Below are positions 18,176 through 29,551 of a stretch of DNA of 64,000 bases, piece after piece. The notes under the pieces were generated by a model. It was not told where the DNA came from and did no database searches. It saw only the letters and a program-made list of their open reading frames with translations. Origin of the DNA: Perkinsela sp. CCAP 1560/9. Taxonomy: Eukaryota; Protista; Euglenozoa: Kinetoplastea. The stretch spans positions 744,001-808,000 of the forward strand of contig CBFFSA010000003.1 in assembly GCA_965644495.1 (NCBI GenBank). Direction: 5' to 3'. The stretch's first letter is position 1, and every line of letters starts with the position of its first letter. A program made the position numbers and the translations under genes.

Positions 18176-21100
18176 ATGAGTGGTGTCGGGCTCTCTTATT
18201 CCTTCTTCTGCCGCACAGCGGTTGCTCGTGCTGTACAGCTGAACGCTTGTATTTCGAGGAGAAGTTCTTTTCCTTCTATAGGGATAAACATACTTTCATC
18301 GCAGGCTAGATTGTGTTACACGGAGACTGTCTCACAAGAATGTCCTCCGAGCGCGCAAACCATCGGTGGTATTTTGAAAGCCGAAAGTCAAATGTACGAC
18401 TCCCACCCATCTCGTCCCGCACCACTCTCCGCGAATACCTCAACTAAATCGGGCCCAACAGAAGCCTCAGCCCCCAAAGAAGATACCGCAGAAGATTTTG
18501 AAGCTACACTGTCAAAGACCACTGAATCGAAACACACTTGTACGGATTGTGGGAAAATTTTTCGTTTGCAAAGCGCCCTAGATTATCATATTGAGACGAA
18601 GCACAAAGCCCCGAAACCACTCCAGCTTTTGAGTAAAATTCTTACGTTTGAAGCGTTGATGGACAAGTATGACGAGAGCCGTTTGGAGCGCATGGAGATT
18701 ATAAGAACAAGAGAACAAAAGGCTAAAAGAGGAAAAGCTGAAACAGAAGACGAAAAAATGGCGCGCAGAAAAAAGGAAAGAGAAGAGCGGGAAAGAAATC
18801 GCCATAAATCTGTGAGTATCACCGATATTCCCCTGGTTCTTGAAATCGTTGAATACTGGGATGCGTTCGCTAAAAAGTTTTTCGACGCTGAGGAACTGGA
18901 AGAGGGTGAAATACCGCCTCCTCCATACATGGTGTATGCCCCTGTTACACTTGAAGACATTAAGAAACATATCAGCGAAAGAAAGGAAGCACTTGGATAC
19001 GATGAGGACGCGTTTTCATGGAAATCCGATGGGGTGCCTCTCTCAGTGTACCAGAAAGCAGAGTGTGAAAAAGCTGCAAAGGACGCGGAAAAGATTCCCC
19101 AAATTTCTTTCGGTCAAAGGCAACTTCAGACTTTTACGGAGCCAAATCCGTACAAGCAGGAGACATCTCCCAACCCCGATCTACAGGCGCAGCATCAATG
19201 TCCCACATGCGGCAAAGGTTGTCGTAGCGCTATTGCCCTGCAGTTTCATATGGAAACCGCACACGCGAATGTCGATAAACCTACTGAATCGACCCAGACA
19301 CCTGCAGGTCCAGGCACTCCTCCAACATCACATCAGTCGAACTTGCCAAGCCAGGCAATGGGTGTCAAATCACAGCAGGTCTTGGCTCCCAGTCAAAGCC
19401 TGAATTCTAGCATAACAGGGTCTCCTACAGGCACATTACCGCAACGGATACTACCAGTAGGGCCGGAAACAGGTAGTCTTAGTATGGTACACAACCCACT
19501 GGCACAATCAAATATACCAACTAATGCGGCGTCCAATACTTTTATACCTCCAAGAACGCCAGCCTCTGAATTCAATCCCAATACGATGACGCAATCAAAT
19601 GCAACCATACAAAGTTCAGCGCCTACTAAATTCGCCCAATCAAAAACGATGACTACAAGTTCGACACCCAATCCTTTTACGCAAATGAGTTCGGTTCCAA
19701 ACCCTTTCGGCCAGCTAACCACAGCAACACCCAGTTCAGCTCCTAATCCTTTCGCCCAGTCCACCACAGCAACACCTAGTTCAACTCCCAAACCCTTCTC
19801 CCAGTCACCCACAGCTACCACCAGTTCTGCGCCTAATCCATTTGCGCAATCGAGTACAGCAGCCACAAGTGCGGCACCTTGCTCGCCTGCACAATCGAAA
19901 ACAACAACTACGATTACGGCAGACCAACCGTTTTCGCACTCAGCTGTGAGTTTGACACCTGACCAGGCTGCACAAGAGCACATTCCTAATAACCCTTTTG
20001 CTCAGGAAGGTCATGGTGTAAAGCTGGATGTGCTCCCGAATCCATATTTAGATACTATTAGGTGTGCTTCGAATTTAGGTGCATCGGGTGTACAAACACC
20101 TGCGTCCACGACTGGTACCCCATCCAAAATAATTGTTCAAACATCTGCACCCATCACTGAGTCTTCATTGAACCCTTTTGCACAGTCCAGTACATCGACC
20201 GTGAGCTCTTCGGCTAATCCCTTTTCACGAACAGGTTCCCCGTCAACTGGTTCCTCATCGAACCCTTTTCCGCAGTCAAGCACACCAGTTACCAGTTCTA
20301 CACGTATTCCTTTCGCCCAAACAGGTTCGTCCACCACAGGTTCACCTAATCCATTTACACAGTCGAGTACAACCACAACACCTGCCCCCAATCGTTCCGC
20401 CCAAACAGGTTCCACCACAGGTTCATCTAACCCCTTTGCGCAATCGAACTCATCGACCACCAGTTCATCGCCTAATCCGTTTGCACGAACAGGGTCACCG
20501 GCCACTAGTTTCTCATCGACCCATTTTACAGAATCAGATGCATCGACTTCAAGTTCTTCACCGAATCCTTTTGCACAAGCAAAATCGTGTACAACATGTT
20601 CTTCATCCTCTAATCCCTTTACGCAGTCGAGTACACCACCTACCAGTTCTGCACCCACTTCCTTTGCACAAACATCTGCGTCCACCACTGGCTCTTCACC
20701 TAATCCCTTCGCACAATCGAACACAGCAACTGTTAGTATTGCGCCTAACCCCTTTGCACAAGCAGGTGTAACCACTGGTTCTTCTGCACAATCGAACATA
20801 TCAAGCGCAAGTTCTGCGCCTAATCCTTTTGTACAAGCAACTTCGTCCTCATCTGGTACATCTGCTAACCCTTTTGCGCAATCGAACACAGCAACTACCG
20901 GTGCTCCGTCTACCCCCCTAGCACGAACGGGTGCCTCCACCCCTCTTTCCCCATCTTACAACCCGTTTTCACATTCAAACACAACACCCGCCAGATCTGT
21001 GCCGAATCCCATAGCACCAACCGGTTCACACACACCTGGTTCCTCACTTAACCCGTTTGCACACTCTGGCGCATCCACTTCAGGTTCTGCACCGAATCTT

Positions 21101-22471
21101 TTTGGGCAAGCAAGTTCTTCTACAACGGGCTCTTTTAACCCGTTCGCACATTCAAGCACCTCAACTGCAAGTTCTGCACCGAACCCCTTTGCACAAGGAG
21201 GTGTAAACAGCGGTTCTCTATCCAACCCCTTGGCACAATCGAGTGCATCAACCACTGGCTCTGCGTCTAACCCGTATGCACATTCGAACACATCACCTGC
21301 CACCTCCACGCCGAACCCCTTTGCACAGTCAAACACATCAAATGCAAGTTCGTCACCCAATCCTTTCGCGCAGGAAAGTTCGTCTGCACCTGGTTCTTCA
21401 TCCAACCCCTTCGCACAATCGAGTACATCCACTGGTAGCTATGCTCCCAACCCCTTTGCACAAACACAAGGCTCACCTGTAACCCCGAACTCCAACCCTT
21501 TCACACCTTCCAACACACCACCTCCCACTTCCCCAACCCCTTCCTTTTCCCCCATCACCACACACACTCCCTCTCCCCCTTCTCCACAACCTTCTCCTAA
21601 TCCAGCCATATCCTATGGTGGACAACAACAACCTCCTAATCCAACCATATCCTATGGTACACAACAACAACCTAATCCAACGATATCCTATGGTACACAA
21701 CAACAACAACCTAATCCAACGATATCCTATGGTACACAACAAAAACAACCTAATCCAACGATATCCTATTGTGGACAACAACAACCTCCTAATCTAATCA
21801 TGGCCTATGGTACACAACAACAACAACAATCTCCCAATCCATCCTACGGTACACAACAACAACCTTATAATCCAACCATAACCTATGGTACACAACAGCA
21901 ACAACAACAACAATCTCCTACTAGTCCCCATCTCTCCTTCAATCCCTTATCCCCATTTGGGACTTCCTCTCCTCCTGGCCCTTTTACTACGGGGGCCTCG
22001 AGGACACAGGGAGCGTCCCCTTCCTCCCCCTCCTCCTCGGCCCCCTTCACTCCTTTTACCCCAATGTCAAACTATGGGGGCGACAGAGGGATGAGTACTG
22101 GAGGGTTGAGTCCCCCCTTTGTTACGGAGAAGATACCCGGGGAGAGGGGGTACGCAGAGTTGAGCTCACAGAACTCTTCTGCTTCTTCCCCCTCCTCGGC
22201 TCCTCGGAGTTCCTCTGCTTCAGCTCCGTCTTCACGGTATTCCTGCCCCCAATGTGGTCAGGGATTTCGACTACAAAGTGCGTTAGATGCACACATTGTA
22301 GCGAATCACGCAATTGTGAATCGCACCTTTACAAGTGACCCGAAAGCGGGTGAGGCGGGTGGAGGGATGGTGGAGGGAGGTATCGGCGGGGATGGGGTTG
22401 TTAAACACCCGTTCCAGCCTGATGGAGTGGAACCGATCCCCCCTGCGGACCCGTTCGCGGATGACGCATGA
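18176..22471 (+). CDS. KREPA1/A2-related C2H2 zinc-finger protein with NPF repeats, no OB fold
   Basis: Presequence-like N-terminus; three C2H2 fingers (two with the KREPA-type FRLQSALxxH); LEIVEYWDAFA; about 25 NPF motifs; PNPTISYGTQQQ repeats. Confidence 0.65.
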   Translation: MSGVGLSYSFFCRTAVARAVQLNACISRRSSFPSIGINILSSQARLCYTETVSQECPPSAQTIGGILKAESQMYDSHPSRPAPLSANTSTKSGPTEASAPKEDTAEDFEATLSKTTESKHTCTDCGKIFRLQSALDYHIETKHKAPKPLQLLSKILTFEALMDKYDESRLERMEIIRTREQKAKRGKAETEDEKMARRKKEREERERNRHKSVSITDIPLVLEIVEYWDAFAKKFFDAEELEEGEIPPPPYMVYAPVTLEDIKKHISERKEALGYDEDAFSWKSDGVPLSVYQKAECEKAAKDAEKIPQISFGQRQLQTFTEPNPYKQETSPNPDLQAQHQCPTCGKGCRSAIALQFHMETAHANVDKPTESTQTPAGPGTPPTSHQSNLPSQAMGVKSQQVLAPSQSLNSSITGSPTGTLPQRILPVGPETGSLSMVHNPLAQSNIPTNAASNTFIPPRTPASEFNPNTMTQSNATIQSSAPTKFAQSKTMTTSSTPNPFTQMSSVPNPFGQLTTATPSSAPNPFAQSTTATPSSTPKPFSQSPTATTSSAPNPFAQSSTAATSAAPCSPAQSKTTTTITADQPFSHSAVSLTPDQAAQEHIPNNPFAQEGHGVKLDVLPNPYLDTIRCASNLGASGVQTPASTTGTPSKIIVQTSAPITESSLNPFAQSSTSTVSSSANPFSRTGSPSTGSSSNPFPQSSTPVTSSTRIPFAQTGSSTTGSPNPFTQSSTTTTPAPNRSAQTGSTTGSSNPFAQSNSSTTSSSPNPFARTGSPATSFSSTHFTESDASTSSSSPNPFAQAKSCTTCSSSSNPFTQSSTPPTSSAPTSFAQTSASTTGSSPNPFAQSNTATVSIAPNPFAQAGVTTGSSAQSNISSASSAPNPFVQATSSSSGTSANPFAQSNTATTGAPSTPLARTGASTPLSPSYNPFSHSNTTPARSVPNPIAPTGSHTPGSSLNPFAHSGASTSGSAPNLFGQASSSTTGSFNPFAHSSTSTASSAPNPFAQGGVNSGSLSNPLAQSSASTTGSASNPYAHSNTSPATSTPNPFAQSNTSNASSSPNPFAQESSSAPGSSSNPFAQSSTSTGSYAPNPFAQTQGSPVTPNSNPFTPSNTPPPTSPTPSFSPITTHTPSPPSPQPSPNPAISYGGQQQPPNPTISYGTQQQPNPTISYGTQQQQPNPTISYGTQQKQPNPTISYCGQQQPPNLIMAYGTQQQQQSPNPSYGTQQQPYNPTITYGTQQQQQQQSPTSPHLSFNPLSPFGTSSPPGPFTTGASRTQGASPSSPSSSAPFTPFTPMSNYGGDRGMSTGGLSPPFVTEKIPGERGYAELSSQNSSASSPSSAPRSSSASAPSSRYSCPQCGQGFRLQSALDAHIVANHAIVNRTFTSDPKAGEAGGGMVEGGIGGDGVVKHPFQPDGVEPIPPADPFADDA

Positions 22472-22752
22472 GCAGGGATACTTTTTGGTGTGAAGGGTGG
22501 GGTTGTGAGGAGTTCATTGTGGTCTAGCCCAGTAACCCTGTGCCGGTACAATAGATTCTTGTAGAAAATAGAGGGCATTGCGAAGCGAGTATGTAATCTA
22601 AGTAACGTACGTCTAGCTAATGTACTCCCAATAGGATGTATCATTCGGGCGTTCAGAAGGCTCAATATCTAAGAGATTTCCTTTTTAGCCCAACAAACGT
22701 ATTTATACACAACATCACAACAAACTATCTCTACACCTTTTTTCCTAGTATT

Positions 22753-24258
22753 ATGCCTCGACTCACCAGTTCTTCTTTTCGTTTCCACCGAATTTGTCGC
22801 TCTGCCCTCGGTACGAACAAACGACTCTGGACGCTATCCTATCGTCACCTTACCCCTGGCGGCACCCCGCCCACCTCGACTCCCGGAGGCATTCCCCCAA
22901 GCCCGTTTGCGAGTTCTCCATTCACAACCGACCCCGCGAGCACTACCACCTTCACCTCCTCCACCTCTACTCTCTTCTCCGCATCCCCCGGCACCCCTCC
23001 CCCCTCCCCCTTTTCCTTCTCCCCCTTCTCTTCCTCCACACCCCCCCCTAACCCCAACCCCCCCTTAGGAGCCGGGTCCTCTACCTCCTTCGCAACCCCC
23101 TTCTTCGGGTCCAACCCCTTTGCAGGTCCCAATCCCCTCACCAGTCCCCTCCCCGGAACAACCACAACAACAGTCCCCTCCCCTTCTTCTTCTTCTTCTG
23201 CTTCTTATCCTCCCAACCCTATGGGGAATACAAATCCCGCATACATGGGGACAACCCCCTCGAATATGAATTCGACGCAAATGAATTCTACGCCTACGAA
23301 TTCCTCCACGAATTCCACTATGAATTCTACGCCTATGAATTCCTCCACGAATTCCACTATGAATTCCTCCATGAATCCCTCCACGAATCCCTCTATGAAG
23401 CCCTCTATGCATTCTCCCGACTCCCCCTCCGAGTCTTCCACTGCCACTACCCCCGGGGAGCTCCGATACAACTGCACCCAGTGCACCAAGTCCTTCCGTC
23501 TCGAGAGTGCGCTCATCACCCACATGAGCTTTAAGCACAACACCGTGCTGGGGGTAGGCACCGTGCAGCCCAGTACTGCGGGAGGGGGTAGTGGGGGAGG
23601 GGGTAGTGGGGGCAGTGGGGTAGAGGGGGGGACCGGGGGGACCCCCACCGGGGGCGTGGCCCAAGACCCCGGGGGAGGTCCCGGACACCGCGGGGAGAGA
23701 CCAGCGGGGGGGTTTAGCTCCACCACCAGTGGTGGGTCGTCGACCTCGGGTCCCGGGTCGGATCCGACGCAGGAGGGGAAGAAACCCCCGCTTAGTGCGG
23801 CGGAGGCGGAGCGACTGGAGCGGGTGGCGGCGCTAAAGAGTACCGCGGCGCAGAGTCTCCCCCCGGAGGAGGTGACGATTGCGGGGCATAATGCCTGTGT
23901 GAACACGATTGTGCTCGTGGGCCGGGCGTATGAGCTGAATGTGGGGTATATTTATGAAACCCGGGTGTTTCAGTTCTCGGTGTTGTGTCCGTTTGCGGAG
24001 GCACCTGCGGGGGAGAGTGACCGGGACAGTGTGGTGGTACGGGTGAGGTTACGTAATGAGGATGGACCAGGGGGGAAAAGGGATGAGAATGCGGAGGCCT
24101 GGGAACGCGCCCTGACGTCGGGTCTGGAGGAGGGCGGGACAGTGTGTGTGGTGGGACAACTGAGTATGAACCCGCAGATGGAGAACGTGAACTCGCGGTA
24201 TTATTACTATCCGCTGGTACATGTGACGAATTCGTGCGGGTCGGTGACCCTTCTATAG
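22753..24258 (+). CDS. KREPA3: RNA editing complex protein MP42-like (Zn finger + OB fold)
   Basis: CTQCTKSFRLESALITHMSFKH plus OB fold HNACVNTIVLVG..VGYIYETRVFQF..GESDRD..VRV...GQLSMNPQ..YYYYPLVHV..CGSV, closely following MP42. Confidence 0.8.
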   Translation: MPRLTSSSFRFHRICRSALGTNKRLWTLSYRHLTPGGTPPTSTPGGIPPSPFASSPFTTDPASTTTFTSSTSTLFSASPGTPPPSPFSFSPFSSSTPPPNPNPPLGAGSSTSFATPFFGSNPFAGPNPLTSPLPGTTTTTVPSPSSSSSASYPPNPMGNTNPAYMGTTPSNMNSTQMNSTPTNSSTNSTMNSTPMNSSTNSTMNSSMNPSTNPSMKPSMHSPDSPSESSTATTPGELRYNCTQCTKSFRLESALITHMSFKHNTVLGVGTVQPSTAGGGSGGGGSGGSGVEGGTGGTPTGGVAQDPGGGPGHRGERPAGGFSSTTSGGSSTSGPGSDPTQEGKKPPLSAAEAERLERVAALKSTAAQSLPPEEVTIAGHNACVNTIVLVGRAYELNVGYIYETRVFQFSVLCPFAEAPAGESDRDSVVVRVRLRNEDGPGGKRDENAEAWERALTSGLEEGGTVCVVGQLSMNPQMENVNSRYYYYPLVHVTNSCGSVTLL

Positions 24259-24528
24259 AGGAGAGGTTGTGCAGCTCTTTTTTTCGCATCATTTGAGAGT
24301 TAGATATGGGTTGAAAAATGGCTGTTTTTGGTATGATTTTTGAGAATATTCGAGATAAAAGGATTTTGCAATACAGATGATGTAAACATTTAAGAGAAAT
24401 ATCTTGCTTATTGTACGTTGACTTGTTATTCTTTATCAAAATGCTTATTCGTATGGACTTGTAACACCACTTGTGACGTTCTCCCCAGCCTTTTGAGCGA
24501 ATATTGGAGTGATAAATCAGAGTACATT

Positions 24529-25041
24529 ATGTTCGCTAGAATGAAAGTGACGCAGGCTATTAATACTATGTTATTATGCTCGCTTGTTGTTTTCTTTCTC
24601 TATCCGCAAACGCCCTGCTTCAATGAGAAATCTTTTGGGGCCGCAGGAAAGTGCTTGCGTGCAGGAGATTCCGGAAATATTACACACAAGACCAATGCGA
24701 ATTCGCGTTCATATCACTCTGAGTTAGGGAAAATTGCATTTCGGTCAAATTTTAACTTAGGAATGAAATTTATGACTATCTGTGCGGTGGATCCAGAAGA
24801 TGAGCCCGCACTTAGTCTTCTCCTCCGCTGGGGTCGCGCGGCTCTCTTTGCACCTATTGAGGTCTCTCTGGAGAGTTGGTATCAATGTCTAGGCTATTTT
24901 CAGCACACTATTGTAGTAGTTTGGTTTCTTTGTATGTTGCTCTGTATCATACTGACCTTCGCAGTGAGCACAACTCCAAATATTTTCTTTTGGCTATGGA
25001 TGTTTTGTCTATATTTATGGAGTTCGAATATGATTATTTGA
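24529..25041 (+). CDS. Hypothetical membrane protein, possibly frameshifted at the 3' end
   Basis: Several hydrophobic segments; an overlapping frame continues ...GVILYLDFIF to 25172. Confidence 0.4.
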   Translation: MFARMKVTQAINTMLLCSLVVFFLYPQTPCFNEKSFGAAGKCLRAGDSGNITHKTNANSRSYHSELGKIAFRSNFNLGMKFMTICAVDPEDEPALSLLLRWGRAALFAPIEVSLESWYQCLGYFQHTIVVVWFLCMLLCIILTFAVSTTPNIFFWLWMFCLYLWSSNMII

Positions 25042-25534
25042 ATTATCATTCGTTTTCCCACGGGGTGATTCTTTACCTCGATTTCATATTTTTTGACCTG
25101 TGTAAGCTTGGTCAGGGAGTTCATTGTGGGCGTAGTCATGTTTCCTGTTCGCTACGAGCAGAACGTACGTGAACATACACTGTTACAGTCTACCTTACAG
25201 TCTGTAGTGTACACTGTAGTTAACATTGTTTTCATGCAGTTACAATGCGGGGGTTATGCTGCGTAAGTTACAAACATTTCTTACATGTTATAACCCAGTA
25301 AGATTCATGCAACAGGAGTGTTACAAAGTCTGTGTAATGCTACTGTACAGTAATTGAATCTCAGTTCTCTTTGGAAAGATTACAACCTTATGGTTCTTTT
25401 TACCACTTTTCTCGGGATATGCGAGGTTTTAAACACGTGCAATCGCGGCGATTTGTATCCATTACGACATTCTGAAGCTGAATATCTTCCGGGTAATCCA
25501 TTCCATTAATCCCACATCTCCGTAGAGCCCTACA

Positions 25535-28129
25535 ATGCGACCTATAGCAACACCAACCACAATTTTTGTCCCCACGCGGCGGTTTTCCTACCTCATTCGG
25601 CTTCGTAGCATATCCACACGACAGAGTTTCTCATCTCTTACAAACGAGTGGTACCCCTTCACGCATCGGGGCTACGCCACAGCTCTCGTCCCCACCCCTC
25701 TGCTGTGTGAGGCCTCCCAGGAGACCCCCACAGAGGGCACTGCACGAAAGCTAGGCAGCAAACTGAGCTGCCCTCAGTGCTCTAAACAGTTCCGACTCCA
25801 GGCTGCGTTGGATCATCACATGGCGACTGCGCACACTGGGGCGGATGAGAGAACACGACACCACCAGGTTCATCGTGCCCGATATGGGGAAGAAGCCTCC
25901 AAGCCGGCTCCACGAGAGGGTGAGCCTCCTATCTTTGGATTAAAGTTCACGCAGTTTGAAACGATTAGCGTCCCCACGGCGGAGGACATGGTTCCCTTTC
26001 AACCTTGGGTGAACAAGCCTCGACGGTCGGAAAGTACACAATCGCAACAGAGCCAGGAGAGAAGAGTGGAGAAGTCCTCCCCCGCGCCCTCGCTTGCGCT
26101 GGAGTTTTTTAACCCGTTCGAAGAGGGACATGTACCGAAGCTTATTTCCCCACCAAAGCCAGGACAGAGCTTTACACAGAAGCCGGGGACACCGCAGGGA
26201 AAAGAAGACCGCACTCAAGGTGCATCAACTCCCGTGGCCAGTGAACCATCTCAATCTCCCGAAACGGTCCCAGATCCAATCCTTGACAACAGCGAAAAAA
26301 CAACAAGCGAAAAACAACAGCGAAAAAAGGATTCGGGTCCCCAAATGGACATGTTTCCCAACGCCGACCAAGTAGAGTCTTTAGATCCGTTCGCGACTCC
26401 TGCTGTGAATTTCCACGGTATTCCTTCCCAGGAGGCTATCCCCCCTGTATCCCAGCCCAATCCGAAGAAAGGTCAAGCCCAGCCCACCACACCGGACGAC
26501 AAAACGAACGAAACCACGATACCCCCTCCAGGAACCCCTGAGCAGGATGACACCGAACTCGACACTTCCCTCTCCTCCCCCGAGAGTCCACCCGAACCCC
26601 TCGAGCTCCCCCCTCCCCGTTCTCACACCATCGGGGCCCAAACCCTCACCAACCCTTTTGAGCCCACCCTCTTTCTCGGGGTCACCAACCCGTTTGCCCC
26701 ACAGCGCTCCCGGGCCGGCGCCCTCAACCCCTACGCCTCCGAGCTCAATAAAAAGCTACTGAACGCGGTCCAGGGCACCCCCGGCACCTCCTCTGCCGCG
26801 TCCACCCCCGGTACTCCCTTCACCCCTTTTGCCTCTAAAGGAGCCTTCCCGTTGGTCCCCTCCCCGGAGAGCGCAAGCCCCGCTGTGGTTACCGTACCGC
26901 TGTCTCCTATCTCAGGTTCCTGCTCTATCACCAAGGCTCCATCCAATTCTTTTTCTTCTACCACTACTCCTACTACTCCTACTCCTACTTCCTCTTCTCT
27001 CTTCTCTCTGAATCATCAAAGTGTTGACCCCAATGGGGTTAGCACCACAACAGGGAGAATACAGGGAAGTAGTAGTAGTGGTAGTAGTAGTAGCAGTAGT
27101 GGTAGTCTTCATATGAATTCTCTTCATGGCTCCCCCAGTGGGCTACGCTCCAAGAGCCCCTTCCAGCACAGTATGCACACCCAGCTCGAGCCCCCGCGCT
27201 CCCCCTATGCCCCCGAGACCCCGGTGGGGAGGGTAACCGTGATCGTCCCCTCGATCGGGCCAGGGGAGCGTGGAAAGGAGGAGGGGGAAGGGAGAGGGAA
27301 GGGGGAGGAAGGGAAAGATAGGGAGGAAGAAGATTCATCCGGGAAGATACAGGAGAAAAGAAACCCCACAACGTCGCCGGAACGGTTTCTGTGTACTCAG
27401 TGTGGGAAAATGTTTGGTAGTGTGGAGGGACGGGAAGCGCATGGGGTTCGGGTGCATGGGGTTTGCGAAGGTGATTCGACGCGGACTTCTGAGATGGAGC
27501 TCTCGACGGAGGAGATTCGATCCGGGTTTCGGGGTAAAAGCTCTGCAGAGCGGAATACGACGGGAAGTAAAGAGGCTCGTGAATCTAATGTTCCGGCGGA
27601 GAGTTCGAACATCGCCGTGCATGTGACGGGGGTTAACCGTATTGTGTTGGTCGGAATCGCACATGATATTATGCTGGGTCGTGTGAATGGTTTGCTAAAC
27701 TTGCAGTTCAATCTGCACGTGCAAGGGGGTCTAAACGGGACTTGTGTAGAAGAGCGAATTGCGGTGCGTTATCTATGTAACGAAGGCGTGGTTGCGATTC
27801 CCATCTCATCAGGGAAGGATGACGAGCCCGCGAACCCACCCGCGTCAAACGCGTCCAAACGTGTAAAGACTTTTATGACCTTTCTGAGCCGTCGTGCGAC
27901 GGATGTGAGACGCGCACATGTCCAGAACACCTCCTCCGTTTTGTCCACCGCAGAGAAGGTAGCAGCGGAATTGCAAAAGAGCCTGAAGGATGGCCTTTGG
28001 GTCCATGTCGTGGGTCATCTTAGACTCAATCCACAACTCAACGGGACTGAGGAATACCAATATTTTCCTGTTGTTGTGGTGCATCCCTCGACAGGGTCTA
28101 TCACAGCACTGGAGAGCACACCCGACTAA
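25535..28129 (+). CDS. KREPA2: RNA editing complex protein MP63/MP81-like (two Zn fingers + OB fold)
   Basis: CPQCSKQFRLQAALDHHMATAH, CTQCGKMFGSVEGREAHGVRVH, and OB fold IAVHVTGVNRIVLVG...VVGHLRLNPQ..YFPVVVVHPSTGSI. A1 versus A2 assignment is uncertain. Confidence 0.65.
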   Translation: MRPIATPTTIFVPTRRFSYLIRLRSISTRQSFSSLTNEWYPFTHRGYATALVPTPLLCEASQETPTEGTARKLGSKLSCPQCSKQFRLQAALDHHMATAHTGADERTRHHQVHRARYGEEASKPAPREGEPPIFGLKFTQFETISVPTAEDMVPFQPWVNKPRRSESTQSQQSQERRVEKSSPAPSLALEFFNPFEEGHVPKLISPPKPGQSFTQKPGTPQGKEDRTQGASTPVASEPSQSPETVPDPILDNSEKTTSEKQQRKKDSGPQMDMFPNADQVESLDPFATPAVNFHGIPSQEAIPPVSQPNPKKGQAQPTTPDDKTNETTIPPPGTPEQDDTELDTSLSSPESPPEPLELPPPRSHTIGAQTLTNPFEPTLFLGVTNPFAPQRSRAGALNPYASELNKKLLNAVQGTPGTSSAASTPGTPFTPFASKGAFPLVPSPESASPAVVTVPLSPISGSCSITKAPSNSFSSTTTPTTPTPTSSSLFSLNHQSVDPNGVSTTTGRIQGSSSSGSSSSSSGSLHMNSLHGSPSGLRSKSPFQHSMHTQLEPPRSPYAPETPVGRVTVIVPSIGPGERGKEEGEGRGKGEEGKDREEEDSSGKIQEKRNPTTSPERFLCTQCGKMFGSVEGREAHGVRVHGVCEGDSTRTSEMELSTEEIRSGFRGKSSAERNTTGSKEARESNVPAESSNIAVHVTGVNRIVLVGIAHDIMLGRVNGLLNLQFNLHVQGGLNGTCVEERIAVRYLCNEGVVAIPISSGKDDEPANPPASNASKRVKTFMTFLSRRATDVRRAHVQNTSSVLSTAEKVAAELQKSLKDGLWVHVVGHLRLNPQLNGTEEYQYFPVVVVHPSTGSITALESTPD

Positions 28130-28355
28130 GAGATCAGTCTCAGCGTCTTTTCGCAAGGAAAAGGATGCAACTTATTGTGTAGTACGCTAACCTACTTTGG
28201 TAGATCATAATCAAGCGTTGTGCTGTGTAGTGGTGACTTCACCTTTCACCTCTCCTTTAAAACCCATTTTCTGGAACCCTAAACGCCTCATTTCTCCCTA
28301 GAAACCTTTCCTCCACCCTTTTACCCCCACCCCTCTTTTCCATGCCACCTTTTCC

Positions 28356-29324
28356 ATGAAGCGACACCTCCCCTCCCCTCTCCCCTGCCTCCCCCCCTCC
28401 CCCCGCGCCCTCTCCACCTCTCCCCGCTCCCCACCACCCCCACGCTACCCCTTCGATGCCGTCTACTACCTCAACCTCGAGACCCGCCCGGACCGACGAC
28501 GCCACATGGAACACAACGTGCTTTCCCCGTTTCACTTCGCCTCCTCGGTGCCCCTCCTCGAGCGTATCCCCGCGGTTGAGGGCAGCGCCCTCGACCCCGA
28601 GGCGCTGTCCCGGCAGGGCGCCATCAGCGCTCACGCCCACCACCGGCTCCGTTCCATTCCCCTCGCGGATAAGCTCTTCGGCATGGACCTTACGAAGGGC
28701 GCCCTCGGGTGTGCCCTCTCGCACCGCGCGGTGTGGGAAAAAGTGGTAAAACGACAACACCGGTGCGCGTTGATTATGGAAGATGATGTGGAGCTCTCCC
28801 CGCTGTTTGCTACCGAGATTGAAACCCGAATCGCAGCCGCTCCGGGAGATTGGGAGCTGCTCTATCTTGGAGGGGTGGATTTGCTGTGCTCCGGGAAGCC
28901 CCCACGCCCGGCGGTGGCGAAAGGGTGGCGAAGGGCGTATCAAGGACAACGCGAGTTGACCGCCTATGTGGTGCACGCACGGAGCGCGGCGCGGTGTCTG
29001 GAACTTACGGCGTGTTTAGATTGGCAAATTGATACCCATTTGTGTAGCCGTACTACGCCGGATTTAGAGCCGAAAGGGGAGAAAACGAGCGTAGCACCCG
29101 GTGATACGGCGGGAAACGGGTTTGTTGCGGACACCCACTGTGCGCAGGATCACTATATTAGTGATCCAATAAGTTACGCCGCCCACCCCACGCTGGCGAT
29201 ACAGCTCAGCCAGTTGGGTACCAATGTGCAGAAAACATCCGAGCTAGCGACCGGAGATGCGCATACTGTGGATGCCAACCGTCGTGTGCGGGAGTTCGTT
29301 CTGGGACAAACAAGTTTGCGATAA
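28356..29324 (+). CDS. Glycosyltransferase family 25 protein
   Basis: YYLNLETRPDRR, ERIPAVEG, LTKGALGCALSH..VW, ALIMEDD, WELLYLG. Confidence 0.85.
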   Translation: MKRHLPSPLPCLPPSPRALSTSPRSPPPPRYPFDAVYYLNLETRPDRRRHMEHNVLSPFHFASSVPLLERIPAVEGSALDPEALSRQGAISAHAHHRLRSIPLADKLFGMDLTKGALGCALSHRAVWEKVVKRQHRCALIMEDDVELSPLFATEIETRIAAAPGDWELLYLGGVDLLCSGKPPRPAVAKGWRRAYQGQRELTAYVVHARSAARCLELTACLDWQIDTHLCSRTTPDLEPKGEKTSVAPGDTAGNGFVADTHCAQDHYISDPISYAAHPTLAIQLSQLGTNVQKTSELATGDAHTVDANRRVREFVLGQTSLR

Positions 29325-29551
29325 AAGAGGATTTTTTGTTAGCTGTGTATTGTACTGTGTTTCGTGTATAACCACGGAGGAGTAATCACGAAGCTCTACA
29401 AACTAGAACAAAAAAGAGCAACACTCAACCCAAACACTTATTTTTTCTCTTTTCTTTCTTTTTCCTCCTCTATTCTCTTTACCCCTTTTTTTTCTCTTTT
29501 CCCTACCTTTTCTTCCACATTTCCCACATCCCACCCCACCCCCGTCCCCCC

